A stretch of DNA of 64,000 bases from Balanoglossus misakiensis (Eukaryota; Animalia; Hemichordata), in the NCBI GenBank assembly GCA_040954595.2, contig CM082592.2:9163677-9227676 (forward strand), read 5' to 3'. Shown in pieces: positions 12,355 through 25,969 of this stretch. The notes under the pieces are model-generated. The model saw nothing but the letters and a program-made list of their open reading frames with translations. It had not been told where the DNA came from and ran no database searches. A program made the translations under genes and the position numbers. The stretch's first letter is position 1. Each line of letters begins with the position of its first letter.

Positions 12355-15300
12355 ATGAGTCGATCCTACAGGAGATTAGCTGAGAGTAAGGATTGCTTGG
12401 TTCCCACAGTCATGGATCCTGTCAATATCTATATTAAATTTTGTCGATATAGACAGAGCCAGCAAAATTGCTATCCTCAATACCTTAAATAGATTTTTGC
12501 TACCTCAGGGCACGTCTTGTTTGGTCAACTGATATTCAAGATGGCAGATTTCTATTTTTAATACTCAGAAGCTCTTAACTGTTGTTAATTTCAATTAAAT
12601 GTGATTAATTAATATCCAAAATAGGCTCAAAATAATATCATTTTTATCCAATACATCCGAAGACAATTTCAAAACTAGTTGTTGACAATAATGTTCTATT
12701 ATTATTATTATTTATTTTGCAGGTAGCAATGAGGAGGAGGAAGAGGAGGTGGATATTGTGCGCTTACGAAATGTCCTGAGTGAAATCAATCCTGATAGAA
12801 GCAAGACTCATGGGAGTGATGTGACATATACAGTGGAAGAAGCCGTGGAAAGAATAGGATTTGGAAAATTTCAAGTGTTCCTGACCCTCATCATGGGCAC
12901 TTTCAGTGTAATTACGAGTTACTGTTGTGTACTTATATGCACAGTAAAACCTGTCTGAATTGATAACGGACACATTAAATAATGGGGGAACTGGAGAAAA
13001 AAGAATGACCGAGTGTGTTTTTCATTCCTGTTGATGACTTTTTTTTTCGTAGTTTTCTGATGCCTGTGAGATGATGTTGCTTGCGGTGCTGTCCCCGGTC
13101 TTGAGATGTGCTTGGCATTTGTCGTCGTATCAAGTTGCCATGATTACCACGGTATGTTCTGGCGCAGCACGAAAACACCAATATTTTACTGTAACAAAAC
13201 TGTGTTTATCACTGCTTCCATTCTCAGCCTTCATCAATGAAGTCACATCCAACAGTGGATTTGTGATTAGAAATCTGTTGGCATTTAATTAAATGATTTG
13301 ACGAAATGATTTGGATTTTCCTGTTTTGGCAGGTTGTATTTCTTGGTATGCTAATTGGATCTGCTGTGTTTGGAACAGCCACTGACAAGTACGGCAGAAA
13401 GCCAGTAAGTGCGGTTATAGTTTGGAATTCCTAGTAATAACTATGTATGTAATCAATTTTTTTTTTTTTTTGGGGGGGGGGGGGTGTTGAGTTTCCGCTA
13501 AGTGTTGAATAGTTTGATTTCTGTGCGAGACGTGCAGATGTGATGGATCGCGTGTTGAATTCTATAGTCATGTATCTGTAAACATGGTACAATGTAAAAT
13601 CTATCATGGAATCAGACATCTATAGACGTGTACACTGTATCTATGCAATCAAAGTCTGTATGGTGTATTAAAATAACATCCACTTTGTCATTGTTATAGC
13701 TGTCATTGTTATAGCGGATGCTGATTGGGTTTTAGCAAATACAAATTGTGAGGCTTTTGTAAGTGTGTGTTATTGTTGTAAACCATAAGCTTCCTGTTAC
13801 CATTGATTTTTGCTTTGGCTGGCAGAGCAAAATTTTAAACTCTGGCTATCGAGAATGGTGTGTGTGCATGTGTGGTGATCGACAGCATTATGCCATTCTC
13901 TCGCAGTTCTATCAGTGGGAAGAAAGTCTGATATTGTAGTGTGAGTCTTCCAAAACAACATTTCTGATTGATGTTTCCATGTGGGCAGTGCTATATGCCA
14001 TATGGATACAAGACAATCAAATTGGTGATCCCATAAATATGCATCATAGCCAAAGGACATGTGTGGTTGACTGGTGTGTTTTTACTGAATTGCAATGTCC
14101 ACTGAATAATGCAAGTAACCTTGTGGTCACAACAGGTTTTTTACCGTATCATATTTCACCCATCTCTGAAGAGACGTCAGATTTGAATTCCTAAAAATAT
14201 ACAATGGAAGTGTGCATACATTTTTTTAGGGTCATGAGATCGAAGATTGTGAAACGCTTTGTGCCCAAAATGTGTATGAACGCATTACACGCATTACTAT
14301 TTATTAAAATTATCTGAACACAAAAGAATTGCTGTTATGCGCAGGCAGGGCTACAGAAAACATATGCTATGATTCTGTGCGTTTTGTGATGTTTTTATGC
14401 GCCTGGATGTAAATGAAAGCTGAGCATTTTAGATGAGTGATGCAAATGTATGCTCCGAAACGGTGCCATATGGTGTACTTAAATAATGGGCTGACAGAAA
14501 ATAGGGACAGAATAATTCATATTGCTGCAATAAGGTGGCGGTGCTTTATGGAGGGTTCTGTGTTGTGTTTGATGAGAAATATGGCTTTGAGTCTCATGTA
14601 TGTGACCCAGGTTGTGTGCGTCACAACTCTCAAGCAAGACAGAGCTTCGCAAGGTTGTTTGTGTACAGACATTATATGCAAATGATACCAGTGGTGTTTT
14701 TGTCACAAAATCATTCGAGCATAAAGTATTTGAAAAGGAATCACGCGTGCACCAGATAAATAGAATCACTTCTAATTGCTGACTGACAGCAATTTTTTTC
14801 GTGTTTGCTAAAACATTTGAACCACGAACGCAGCTATTTGGAAGGTGAACATGTGATGGTGCACTATTTTTATATGACTGTCTACTAAAATTAAATCTCA
14901 ACCTTCCATAGTAACTGTTGCTACCAGCAAGCAATTAATTTTGGCACTTTTTAACATAATTGCAGATTCTTATCCTGGTTGCAGTGTGGATATGTTACTA
15001 TGGTTACTTGACAGCACTCAGCCCAACTTTCATCTGGTTGCTATGTCTACGGTTCCTGGTTGGGTTTGGGATAGGGGGAGCGCCACAAGGGTGAGTGAAC
15101 TTTGACCTTACCGGTAGAATATAACACCATTCATTGGTCAGATTGAAAAAAAAAATATCCTGTAGCATTTTCTAGTGCTGTTTATAAGTTTTCTTAAGGT
15201 GTATCAAACTCATGTTTTATCTTGATACATAATAGCTCAATGTGTCATGTTTCCCTTTTCTAGATTTACAGCATTGTCAGAGTTCATACCTTCCAAGCAA

Positions 15301-17536
15301 AGAGCTAAGCTGCTGGGATCTTTTCAGGTTAGATTCCAGTCCATGCAGTATTTCCATTTTAACCATAATTTCATCATGATCATCAGTCAGGATTTTAAGC
15401 CAGCCATTAAATTGTACTAATTTGTCTTTCAGGTCTTCTGGGCATTGGGGACGTGTTTTGAAGTGTTTATGGCATATTTGATAATTCCAACACTTGGATG
15501 GAGGTATCTGGTTGGCTTGTCAGCAGTCCCATTGACAATATCGCTGCTCTCATTTCTGGTAATTCAATTTTGGCTGTTTTGTTGTTCAATTATTGAATAT
15601 GAAGTTTGATTCTATTTGCAATAACCAGTTGCTTAATTGGTTTCACTTGTAAATGTCATGCAGGATTTGAATACATATAATTTACTCTTTACATCATTAA
15701 CACATACATGTACTCCTTAATATTGATAACCATTTTGGTTCATATATTTTGTCTTCATACTACAGTATGTACCAGAGTCAGTCAGATATCAGATAGCTGC
15801 TGGGAAACAAGAGCAAGCGATGGCAGATCTGGAATCAATCGCCAGAAAAAATGGAAGTGAACTGCCTCCCGGAGAGCTGGTCAAGTCAAAAGAGGTACAA
15901 GGCATTTGATTCAGAATGGATGGGGAGGGTCTCTACTTAGGTATTGAGAGCTGATCAGAGAGAGAAATCGTGTTCATGTACTGGGCTCTCCCTTACCGTA
16001 CTTTGCCATTGAGGGCGCCCCTTATATTTTCTACCATGGAGCGCTTTCTGAAAAGTGACAAGTTTTATTTGGAGTTTCGTTCTCCTCTCAAATACAGGTG
16101 CCCCGAGGCAAACTTAAAGACCTTTTCAAGCCAGACTACCGACGGACCACGTTACAGTTATGGTATCTGTGGTTCTCGGCAGCATTCTGTTACTACGGCC
16201 TGGTCCTCATCAGCTCTGAAATCCTCGAATTTGACAGCGTGTGCGGAGCCATGGAGAAATGGACCAGAGACAGCGAGTCCGCAGAAATATGTTACTGTCA
16301 GTTGTTAACAAAAAGTGATTATGTGACATTAATTTTAACAACACTAGGGGAGTTATTAGGTAAGAACGACCTGTTAAGATTCACATAGCTACTTGTCTTA
16401 CCCTCTCTGAGGTTTTATTTTTAATGAATTTTACCTTGAGTAGACTTCTAGAAAATGAAAAAATGTATATTGCCAAGATAGAATTATCAGTTATGTGTAA
16501 GTCAGTCCAGCTGTAATGCATATCAAAACATTCAGTTTATCCCCTTTCTTTAAAAAGTGTTTTCTTTACCGAGTACATACACACAGTTAGTGTAACGTGT
16601 TTGATTTTTTTCCTCTGTAGCAATACCACTCAATATGGTTTTACCGGATGCTATTGGCCGCACAAGACTCCTGGGTTGTTACTTCATAGTCACGGCGATT
16701 GGCAACGGTCTAATTCTTGTGTGTTCCACAAGGTATGTTGAGGGAGTGCAGATTTAGATTCAGATTCAGAAATCTTTATTATCTCCGCAGAGAAATTAAA
16801 AAAGTGTATAATAGTGAAGGAGTGTGAAGTAAACAAAATTGTAACATTGCCCATTTCTGTTTATTTTCAGGCTAGTGCTGACAATAACTGTGTTTGCAGT
16901 CAGAGCGTGTACTGCTGGTATTTTCAATGTAGTTTACATTTACACTGTGGAGGTCTACCCAACCACAATACGGGCATTAGGGCTTGGTTCGGGTAGTTCC
17001 ATTGCCAGGGTCGGTGCCATGGCAACACCGTTTATAGCTCAGGTGAGTCTCTATTGTGCATGTGTGCACCTTGCATTTTGTGTTTGTACATCACAACATA
17101 TTTTTGGCCGTCTATACACTCTGCCTCAGTGGTTTGTAATTGATGGACTCATCAAACCAGACAAAATTTACTCACCAACAGAACCAAGACTGCAAATTTT
17201 ATAATCACCGCACAGACAACTGACATATCAGATTTTAATAATTTCCATCCCTTGGCAGGTTTTATTAACTTACTCAATCAGGTCAGCAATGATCCTGTAT
17301 GCTGTTGTGTGCCTCCTGGCATCCATCCTGTCTTTCACGCTGCCCATTGAAACTAAAGGCAGAGCTATTCAGGTAAGCGACACATTCAACAGTTCTCAGA
17401 ATCAGTCAGATTGCTGTACTTTCACAAGAAAATGTTCACGTCTTTTCAGTTTACTTGCCAAGGAAACTGCACCGACTAACAGTTTTGTCAAATTAATTTT
17501 ACTTTAATATACTTTTGTTTCCAACAGGAAATCTGA
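12355..17536 (+). CDS. SVOPL: SVOP/SVOPL-like (synaptic vesicle 2-related) MFS transporter, 499 aa
   Basis: 13 coding exons, all GT-AG and frame-consistent: 12355-12385, 12723-12907, 13053-13151, 13333-13404, 14966-15090, 15264-15327, 15433-15558, 15766-15894, 16098-16359, 16621-16732, 16871-17042, 17259-17372, 17528-17536. Family motifs: [70 protein letters not shown] versus SVOPL orthology is not resolved. Confidence 0.9.
13686..13715. repeat. 15-bp direct tandem duplication
   Basis: TGTCATTGTTATAGC twice, in the intron after SVOP coding exon 4. Confidence 0.8.
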
Positions 17537-18943
17537 AAACAGACTCTTTAAGAATTTATGTTTGAAGCAAGTACCAACAGGAGACCAGGTTATACTACAT
17601 CAGTTGAAGCTACATGCCGCTGCAATTTTTCTGTCAGTTTTCATGGCAGTTTTGTCATATATGACAACTTGTGTTATGACAACTTGGTTGTTCTGTCTAC
17701 AACACAGTACTCATTATTCATGTCCAAAATCTTACAATCTGAAATACAAGGTACTCTCTTTTTCTGAAGCTTACCTCTATATGCTGCACGACTCCCTGAC
17801 CAGTATCTCTCTTCTGTGGAATTTAATCATGTAAATACATATGCATGATATGTAAAATAAATGGATAATGTCACTTACATGTTGATGGGAAAAAATAAGA
17901 AAAATCTGCCACAATGCCTTAAAGTGAAAAAAAGTGGAACATTTTATTTTATAACGCACAATTACTAAGTAAGGATTTTCAGTGCCAGTATACATGTATA
18001 ATCAAATATTATTCCTAATGGAGGAATTGAATTTTTATGTTTAATTAATGACTGCCATGTTATAGAGATGGGCATTTTTAACAGGTATTTGACAAATACT
18101 CTTGCATTGGTTAAATGTATATTTGGGTTGTTAAATTATGTAAAACAACTGCATACAAAGTTTATGTTAGTTGGCTGTACATATTACGGAATATCAAATG
18201 AATTGTAATTTTTTTGTTACAAGGACTGTATACAATTGATGAACATATCAGCACATTCTGCATGAATTTCTTTGGACATGTTTAACTACTTTTTACTTGA
18301 TGTCACTAAAGTTGTATCCCACCAATATTCTGTGTCCATTTCTATTCATTTGACTCTGACAATTTTATTGGTATTTTATTTAAGTTCTTGGTACAGTATT
18401 CTTAAACTTTTAAATACATTCTGATATCAGTTCAGAGCCTTTTTCATTATTTATTCTCATCTGTCATTTCCATAATATGTACAACTCCTAGATCTTCCAT
18501 AATAGGACTTTGATGTATATTTGCACTTATTTCTTTGGGTGTGAGACATATCCCTTTTTAAAAAAGGCGAATAAATCATGACATAAAATCACTGATATTG
18601 CCTAACACCTTATATATTGGAGTTAACATACATAGCTTTTTGTTACATTTATCGAGAAAAAGAAACATCGAAAAAAGGGTCAGAAAATAAAGCGGTCCCA
18701 GAAACGCCCGCAAAATGTGTAAATCAAACATCGACGCAAATGATCGATTTCTGCACAAGTATAATAGAACGTTCATTTTCGATATATTTTCTTGAAAGAC
18801 TGTGGTTTGGCCCTGTGCTAACGGAGTTTTATGTTTTATCCGGCGCTACGTGACCGTGCGGATATATTCAATACATGTTGTTGTGTCACGTATCGCGTAA
18901 CATGAACGGCTTTGGGAGTCCCGAAGCCTCGTTTTCATTACGT

Positions 18944-18955
18944 TCAAAATGGCGG
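18944..18955 (+). promoter_or_regulatory. YY1-type motif overlapping the SART3 start codon
   Basis: CAAAATGGCGGC, with the ATG at 18949. Confidence 0.55.
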
Positions 18956-21900
18956 CGGGTAGTCCCCAGGCAAACAACAACACTCGAGATTCTGACGAAG
19001 AACCCATGCAAATGGAAGAAGAGGAAGGCAATTCGAGCAGTAGCAGTGATAGTGAAAGTGACGACGGTGGTAACGAAGAAGCTATTAGAGCCCTTGAAGC
19101 CCAGGTAAGTGCGTTACGTGAAACAAACTCATCGGAAGGCCAAGTTGCTGTCCCAGGCCATAGTCCATGCACACACGTGGAGAAAGTTTATGAGACTCAA
19201 CATTAGCCTAGGTACATTCTGCAAGACCCGGAAGTATGGTCAGTTTATGGCCTTTGTGTGATAGTTTTCGTTTCTTGGATCTCATTATAAACTTGCTAGT
19301 GATGGGAAACACTATTTAAAGGTAACCATGGTTCCTGCATGGAGGTACTAGTACCTCCATGGTTAAGTTGTAACCAGTGGTATCTTATTCCCTTACACTC
19401 TGTATATGTTTGGTGTCGTTATTCTGTAGGTATCAGACAATCCCTTCCAGTATGACCTGCACGTACGGTTGATCAAGCTGCTCAGAAAGGAGGGTGAATT
19501 AGACAGATTACGCGAAGCACGAGAGAGGATGCATCAGCTGTTTCCTATGAATGAAGGTGAAGTAGCGATATTGTCATAGACATACAGTCATGCGGGATGG
19601 GAACCAGGGGTGGATCCATTATAGACAGGAAAATTCCTAAATAATAAGAATTTTACAGTACTCCAGAATGTAGCAGCACTTGTGCATACCTTGATTCTAA
19701 CAAACATACTTTGTCGTAGTCAATGTACTGAGTAATTCACACTTATGTCATGTAGATCTATGGCTTGAGTGGTTGAAAGATGAAATCAGCATTGCAGCGG
19801 ATTCTGAAGGAAAACGGGAGCACATTGTGTCTTTGTTTGAACGAGCCATCAACGACTATATGTGTAAGTATCAAATAATCACTGTTATAGGGGCATTCTG
19901 TATCTCAAGAAGGACGTGGCATATATGAAATTATATTTTTCCTCCCGAGGAAATGTTTTGCGACGGCTTCATTTCACATATTTACCCCCTGCATATTTTC
20001 AGCTGTTCCGATCTGGCTAGAATATGTGCAGTACTCCATCGGTGGTCTGGGAGAGCCGGACGGAATGACCAACATCCGCAACGTCTACGAGAGGGCCATC
20101 ACGGCCGTGGGTCTCCATCTCACAAAAGGTGCAGCCATCTGGGAGGCGTACAGAGAGTTTGAGAATGTCATCTTTCAGACAATCCAGGTAATTAATCCTG
20201 ACAAGTCTCTCCACACTCAGCTGTGTATTGAAATAACTGGTTCAGATGCAGTGTTTTTCTCTTGGCAGTACTCTTAACTCTTTCACCCCCAGTTCCCTCT
20301 TTAGAGGTCCAACCTTACCATAGAAAACAATGGGTTTGGGTTGAACCATGGTGGTGAAAGGGTTAAGAGAAGAGAGGAGAGGGGACTTGAAAGATGAAGA
20401 TAATAAATTGAACTCTCTCTGTATCTGATTTCATTTCAGCCAAGCTTAGGAGCCACAGTATCACCAGAAAAACAAGAAGAAATATCCATGCAGACAGAAA
20501 AAATTACGAATTTGTTCAAACGACAGTTGTCAGTGCCGTTAATGGGTGAGTATATGACCACCAGAGTGTGGCAAATTGTGGACATTTAATACCCTGCTCT
20601 CACTGGAAGCACACCACTCATGGATTGTTGTTCTTTCCCCCCTCAGATATGGAGAATACACGGGTAGAATTTGACCAGTGGCTGTCGGATGCTGTACCCG
20701 AACACATCACCCAAGCCTACAAGAGAACCCTGGGAAAATTAGAACACAGAAAACCTTATGAAGACGCCTTGGTAAATAGCTGTTATGTCTACCATCGTAC
20801 CTCCCTGACCCCTGATAATCCCACAGACATGAAAACCCTCCCTTCTGTCAGATATTATGTGATGACTGTACTAAAGGGGAAATCTCATATCAGAAATAAA
20901 AAAATACTATATTTTTTATCAATTCTAGTTGGCATCAGATCCACCAAGATACCAGGAATACCAGTCCTATATAGACTACGAGAAGTCAGAAGGTGATCCA
21001 GCCAGAATTCAGTGTGTCTATGAGAGAGCTTTACAAGAGAACTGTCTTGTACCGGATTTGTGGAAACAGTATACCAAGTACCTGGTGAGTGATGTAACGT
21101 ATTCTGTGATTGGTTTACAGGGTTTTCAAACTGGGAAATTTCTAGTACTGAACCAATCAGACTTGAACAAGAAACTCCCTTCACAATCCAAGTGTTCATT
21201 TTGTATTTCTTTATTTGATTCTCAGGATACCCAGCTGAAGATCGCCAATGTATCGTTACAAGTACACGAGAGGGCTGTCAGAAACTGTCCCTGGAGTGTT
21301 CAGCTCTGGCTAGACTATCTGCTGGCTTTAGAAAGATACGGACAACCCCATGAAAAAATCAAAGGTATTTTTTATATATGATGAGCCAAGTTCAACCTTG
21401 TGAAGTACTAAACTAGAAACATATGTCAGCTGCTGTAATTAGTCTTCTGTGGCTGTGTCGTTATATTTCCGTTTTTGTTCTTTTGTGCCACTTTCCAGAG
21501 TCATTTGAGAAAGCCATGAATGCTGGTTTGTCACAGGGATCAGAGTGCTTCCAACTCTGGCAATGTTACATCGACCACTTGAGGCGGAGAATAGATTGGC
21601 GTTCAGGTAAGAAAGTGTTCATAGCATAGAACGAAAACCTAAAATTCGACACATTCCAACAACATGTATAACAGATTCTAACATGTAGTCAAAAGGGTCG
21701 AGACACATGAAAACCATTGTGCATAGAGTCTCAGTTATATATGGCGAAATAAACATTGAGAAACTGACATTTATCATGTGCTTGATTTCAGATCACAAAG
21801 AAGAATTGGATGAGTTTCGGAAAAACATGAGAAGAGCAATAGATTATCTAGCAGAGTGTAAGTGTTCATGTTCATGGTGATGAAGTCAAAGACAGGAACA

Positions 21901-24900
21901 CTGATAGTCTTCAGAGATAAAATGACACAGACAGTTGTATGTAAATCACACATTCTTGAGATAATCCCCTTTACAATGAATTTTTTTGTTGTAGATTTTG
22001 GCGATGAAGCCGACCCCACATGTAGCTTACAACAATACTGGGCCAGGATAGAGGTGAGTGTAACTAATTATCTACTGTCAATCACTCTCTATTTTTGTGG
22101 ATCTGTCACAGTAATTTCCAGTTTCTAAAAAACGGGCATTTCAAGAAGTTGACTACACCTTGGTTTTTTTCTTACACTTATCTTGGTATGCAAAATGTTC
22201 AAAACATTATTCACCATGTTTTCTGTGTTGTTTTTTTATACAGGAAGTTTTAATTCTTTGATTGTGTTGTTTTGTCCGCAGGCGAAGCACTGTGACAACA
22301 AACAACTTGGCAGGGAATTATGGGAAGAGGTCATGTCGAGCCACGGCAAGGAGGCACAGATGTGGTTAGAAAATTACAACTTTGAAAGGTTTGTAAACGA
22401 TCCCTGTCAGCGATGTAGATAATAAAGAGATTGGAGCAGGTGAAATACATGTACCTGACTAGATTTATCCCTACAAATGTTCCAACATGTTCCATTAAGC
22501 AGACATGGTACATTTGTTTTCTTCACAGGGCGTATGGCGACGTCAAACACTGCAGGAAGGTGCTGGTGAGGGCGGTGCAGTCAGCCAGCGACTGGCCCGA
22601 GTCAGTCTGCGAGGCTCTGATTGCCTTGGAGAGAGAAGAGGGCTCGCTGGAGCAGTATGAGGCCGCCGTCAGCCGAGTGGAAGCCCAGATGAGTCGGGTC
22701 AACGAGAGGAGAACCAAGGTCTGTGGGATTTTCATGCCCATTATAAAAATGTTATGTACATACATCAAGGTTAAATGTTATGAGCTAGACCAAAGATTGG
22801 GCTGGTAAAGATTTTTGACAGTAATGAGTAATTTAGAGAATAATTAGCAATCTTTCCTTTGTGGATACAGGCAGCAGAGAAGGAGGCAGAGCAGGCCAAG
22901 CAGAAACAAGAAGTAGCAGAGTTCAGGAAACAAGCTAAAGCAGAGAAGAAAGCCGCAAAGAAAGACGAAATAAAAGCAGTGAAAAGAAAAGTAAGCACAT
23001 TGCTACATCGTATTAAATACATATTTGATGTCGATCAATCATATTTTTGCCTCAAAGTTTGGGACAGTTTGAGACAGCCTGTGGAACTCCCCTCTCCTCT
23101 CTCTGACAGGCAGACCACACTGACCAAGAAGAGACGAAAAAAGCAGACGTCCGATTTAAAGTTCCGCCACCACCAGGCATGCCAACAAAGCCGACCAATG
23201 AGGAACCACCGCAGAAGAAATCGAGGTCAGAAACAGCAGAAGTCGCAGCGGGTTACGTGTCACATGATTCCACCAAAGACAGTAGGACTGTCTTTGTCAA
23301 GAACTTGTCGTACGAGCTGACTGATGACAAGATACGAGACATATTTTCCAAGGTATAGTAATGTGTGTTGTTAAAATGTAAGTGTTCAGCTGAATTTTTT
23401 TGAAAAGTCATGTTTTGCTGACTGAACAGACAGCATACATGTACTGTGCTTGGAGATGGCAGTGTGAGATATAGTATAGAATCGTGCATTGTGTATTCAC
23501 AAAGTATAAATGTCTTAATTTTTCCACACAGTGTGGTGAAATAATTGAAGTCCGAATGGTGAACACTTTCAAGAACAAGTTCAAAGGATATTGTTACATT
23601 GAATTCAAAGATGAGGTAAGAGAGAGACTTTGGATTGCAAATATCAGTTGTATCACACAGTTGATTTCTACAGTTGAACAGAGGAATTCATTGCAAAGCA
23701 GGGTCTTTACATACTTTGGCATTTTGTCTTCTTTCGCCACCAGTTTGCTGTTAAGAAAGCCTTGGCACTCGACAGACAGCCCATTGATGGCAGACCCATG
23801 TATGTGGACCCATGTATTGATAAAACTAAAGGAGCGACCACACAACAACAGTTCAAGGTAGGTTCAAAGTGTTTTGTGTAGATTCATTTAATCACATCTT
23901 TCAAAAGTTATGTAGTCAATTTATTATGATGCAATGATTTATACGGCGAGTTAATAGTTGTATGTCAAGGCAATATCTTGAGAACTATGTGCTTGTGTGG
24001 AAAATGAAATCTTACAGTTTGGAAGCACTTACTAAAACCACAAATTTCAGCTTCCTGAATATCTTATACATGTAGCTATAAACAACATCCAAGAGGTCTA
24101 TGAATGTTATTATTTTTGTTGTAATTATGTTTTACAGTGGAGTACCGAGCTGGAGAAGAATAAATTATTTGTGTCAGGATTGCCAAGGTCAATCACAAAG
24201 AAAGATCTTCAAGACTTCTTTGGAAAGGTAACCTAAATGATCTTGCGAATACCGATGTTACAAATAAAAATAAAAATCACCTATTTTAGGTGATGATGAT
24301 GTGGCAATTTCATTGGAAAAGATAGAGTCTTTATGTTCTGTTTTTGATTTGTCCTCAGCATGGTACGATCAAGGATATGCGTATAGTGACGTACAGATCA
24401 GGAGCTCCGAAAGGGCTGGCTTATGTGGAATACCAAACTGAGGTAAGTTGAGCTGGTTTTGTGGCAGTTGATATACAATGCAAAAACTATTGAAAAACAT
24501 GCAAAAGGTGTATTTACTTTCCCTCAGGGTCCTCCCTAGCTTGTTTGTTGGCTACTCATTAATACTCATGCTCATGGACATGACAGGATAGGTGTTGTTT
24601 GTTTTTATCAGACAGAGGCAGCTAAAGCGGTGTTAGCCACCGACGGCGCCGAGATGGGAGAGTTCAAAATCAACGTTGCCATTAGCAACCCTCCAACCAG
24701 GAAACCGAAGAAAGGCACGTCGCTGGAAGAAGATCTGATGGACTTGCCGAGAGGACCCAGAGGGTAAGTTGGCCAAATTTCTGGAATGTATGGGAAAGTC
24801 TGAAGGAAGCAGCCCGTTGTTCTTGTTACGGCTTCAGTGGAGGTCTTGTCTGGATATGTTGAGGGTGAACAGTCACTGTGTCAGGTCTATACTGGTGTTT

Positions 24901-25171
24901 GGATAACTGGCCTGAAAAGTAACACTAGAATTTTTCAAATTATGAGGTACTTTCCCTTTATTCCAACAGGCCGGGATTTGGACCCCGCGGCAAAGGAAGA
25001 ACACAGCTGGCATTCATGCCCAGGGCAATCACCAAGCCTTCAGTGATCTCGAAACCATCCAGAGCTGGCGATGGCGACAGACAAGAAAGTACTGTCAGCA
25101 GTTCTAGTAGTAGTACTGGGGCCAAGAAGATGAGCAACGCAGACTTTGCAAATTTTTTCAAGAAGTCATAA
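18949..25171 (+). CDS. SART3: SART3 (p110/Prp24) U4/U6 snRNP recycling factor, 906 aa
   Basis: 21 exons: 18949-19104, 19430-19556, 19756-19863, 20003-20187, 20440-20545, 20647-20771, 20929-21084, 21226-21364, 21499-21606, 21792-21857, 21995-22053, 22282-22388, 22529-22718, 22871-22990, 23110-23352, 23532-23615, 23744-23857, 24138-24227, 24359-24442, 24612-24763, 24970-25171. Domains: acidic N-terminus, HAT repeats (LWLEWLKDE, IWEAYREFE, ERAVRNCPWS), two RRMs (TVFVKNL...KGYCYIEF; LFVSGL...KGLAYVEY) and the C-terminal LSm-interaction motif MSNADFANFFKKS. Confidence 0.96.
19338..19361. repeat. Perfect 24-bp palindrome in SART3 intron 1
   Basis: CATGGAGGTACT|AGTACCTCCATG. Confidence 0.85.
20274..20366. 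mobile_element. 93-bp TTAA-flanked MITE (piggyBac-like ends) in SART3 intron 4
   Basis: TTAA-CTCTTTCACC...GGTGAAAGGG-TTAA terminal inverted repeats. A second, partial copy lies at 26369-26427. Confidence 0.75.
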
Positions 25172-25524
25172 AAGGTAGTTAATCGTTGTGATTATTTTTT
25201 TTAAAGTGGCTTTACGTTTTGTTTGCAAAAGATGGCATCTGCTTTTACTGTGTTTGGGGTAATGACTGTAAACCAGTAGACTTCAGAAAGCTCTACCAAC
25301 TGCCATTACTTTTAATTCTCCATATACTTAATGTTTACTTTTTAGCAAGTGCCGAAAATTTTTTAAGTCGTTTTTAGATAGATGATCTCAGATCAAGACA
25401 TTATTTTCTAGGAACTGGATAGTGTTTTCTTTGACAGACTACCAACGTTTGTATGTGACTGTATGATGAAGTTAAACATTATTTCTTGAAGAAAGAATAT
25501 GTTGAGGCACAGTCACTCGACTGA

Positions 25525-25530
25525 AATAAA
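25525..25530 (+). terminator. Probable SART3 polyadenylation signal
   Basis: AATAAA about 350 nt after the stop codon, followed by a GT/T-rich stretch. Confidence 0.55.
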
Positions 25531-25670
25531 AACTTTTAAGTTTATATCAGATTGGTAGGTATTGTATTTTTTTGTTCAATAACAAAATAATCTGCACACG
25601 CCACAGATGAAACCAACTAGGAATAGACAACACTACAATCACACCACATAGGTCTTGCGCTTTCTTAATA

Positions 25671-25676
25671 TTTATT
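25671..25676 (-). terminator. Probable SMPD4 polyadenylation signal
   Basis: TTTATT on + (AATAAA on -) about 295 nt after the SMPD4 stop codon, convergent with SART3. Confidence 0.55.
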
Positions 25677-25969
25677 TACAAAGTCATGTGTACATCTTTC
25701 ATTGACACATTGTTCGGACAATGTTTTTCTAAAGAAAGAATGGGCTCTCTTATTTTGCTGTTCAAATTTTATACAGCATCATTTCTTTCTGACTTGGCAG
25801 TGCACCTTAGTGTTACCAACTGGCAATGAAGCGTTCTGTATGTCGCGAGTAAATGTACATCTCCAGCCTGGTGGGTGAAATTTTTTGCCTGAACAGTCAA
25901 CTGTCTGTGTACCGGCACGATTCAGTAAGCCTAGACGTATTGCAACACAACCAACTCCACATTTATTCG

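Noticed and set aside
13800-14934. Several 70-150-aa ORFs in the long SVOP intron, possibly a transposon remnant
   Set aside because: No transposase or reverse-transcriptase motifs and no terminal repeats identifiable.
21858-21994. Possible C/D-box snoRNA in SART3 intron 10 (GTGATGA...CTGA)
   Set aside because: The boxes are too close together, with no terminal stem or distal D box.
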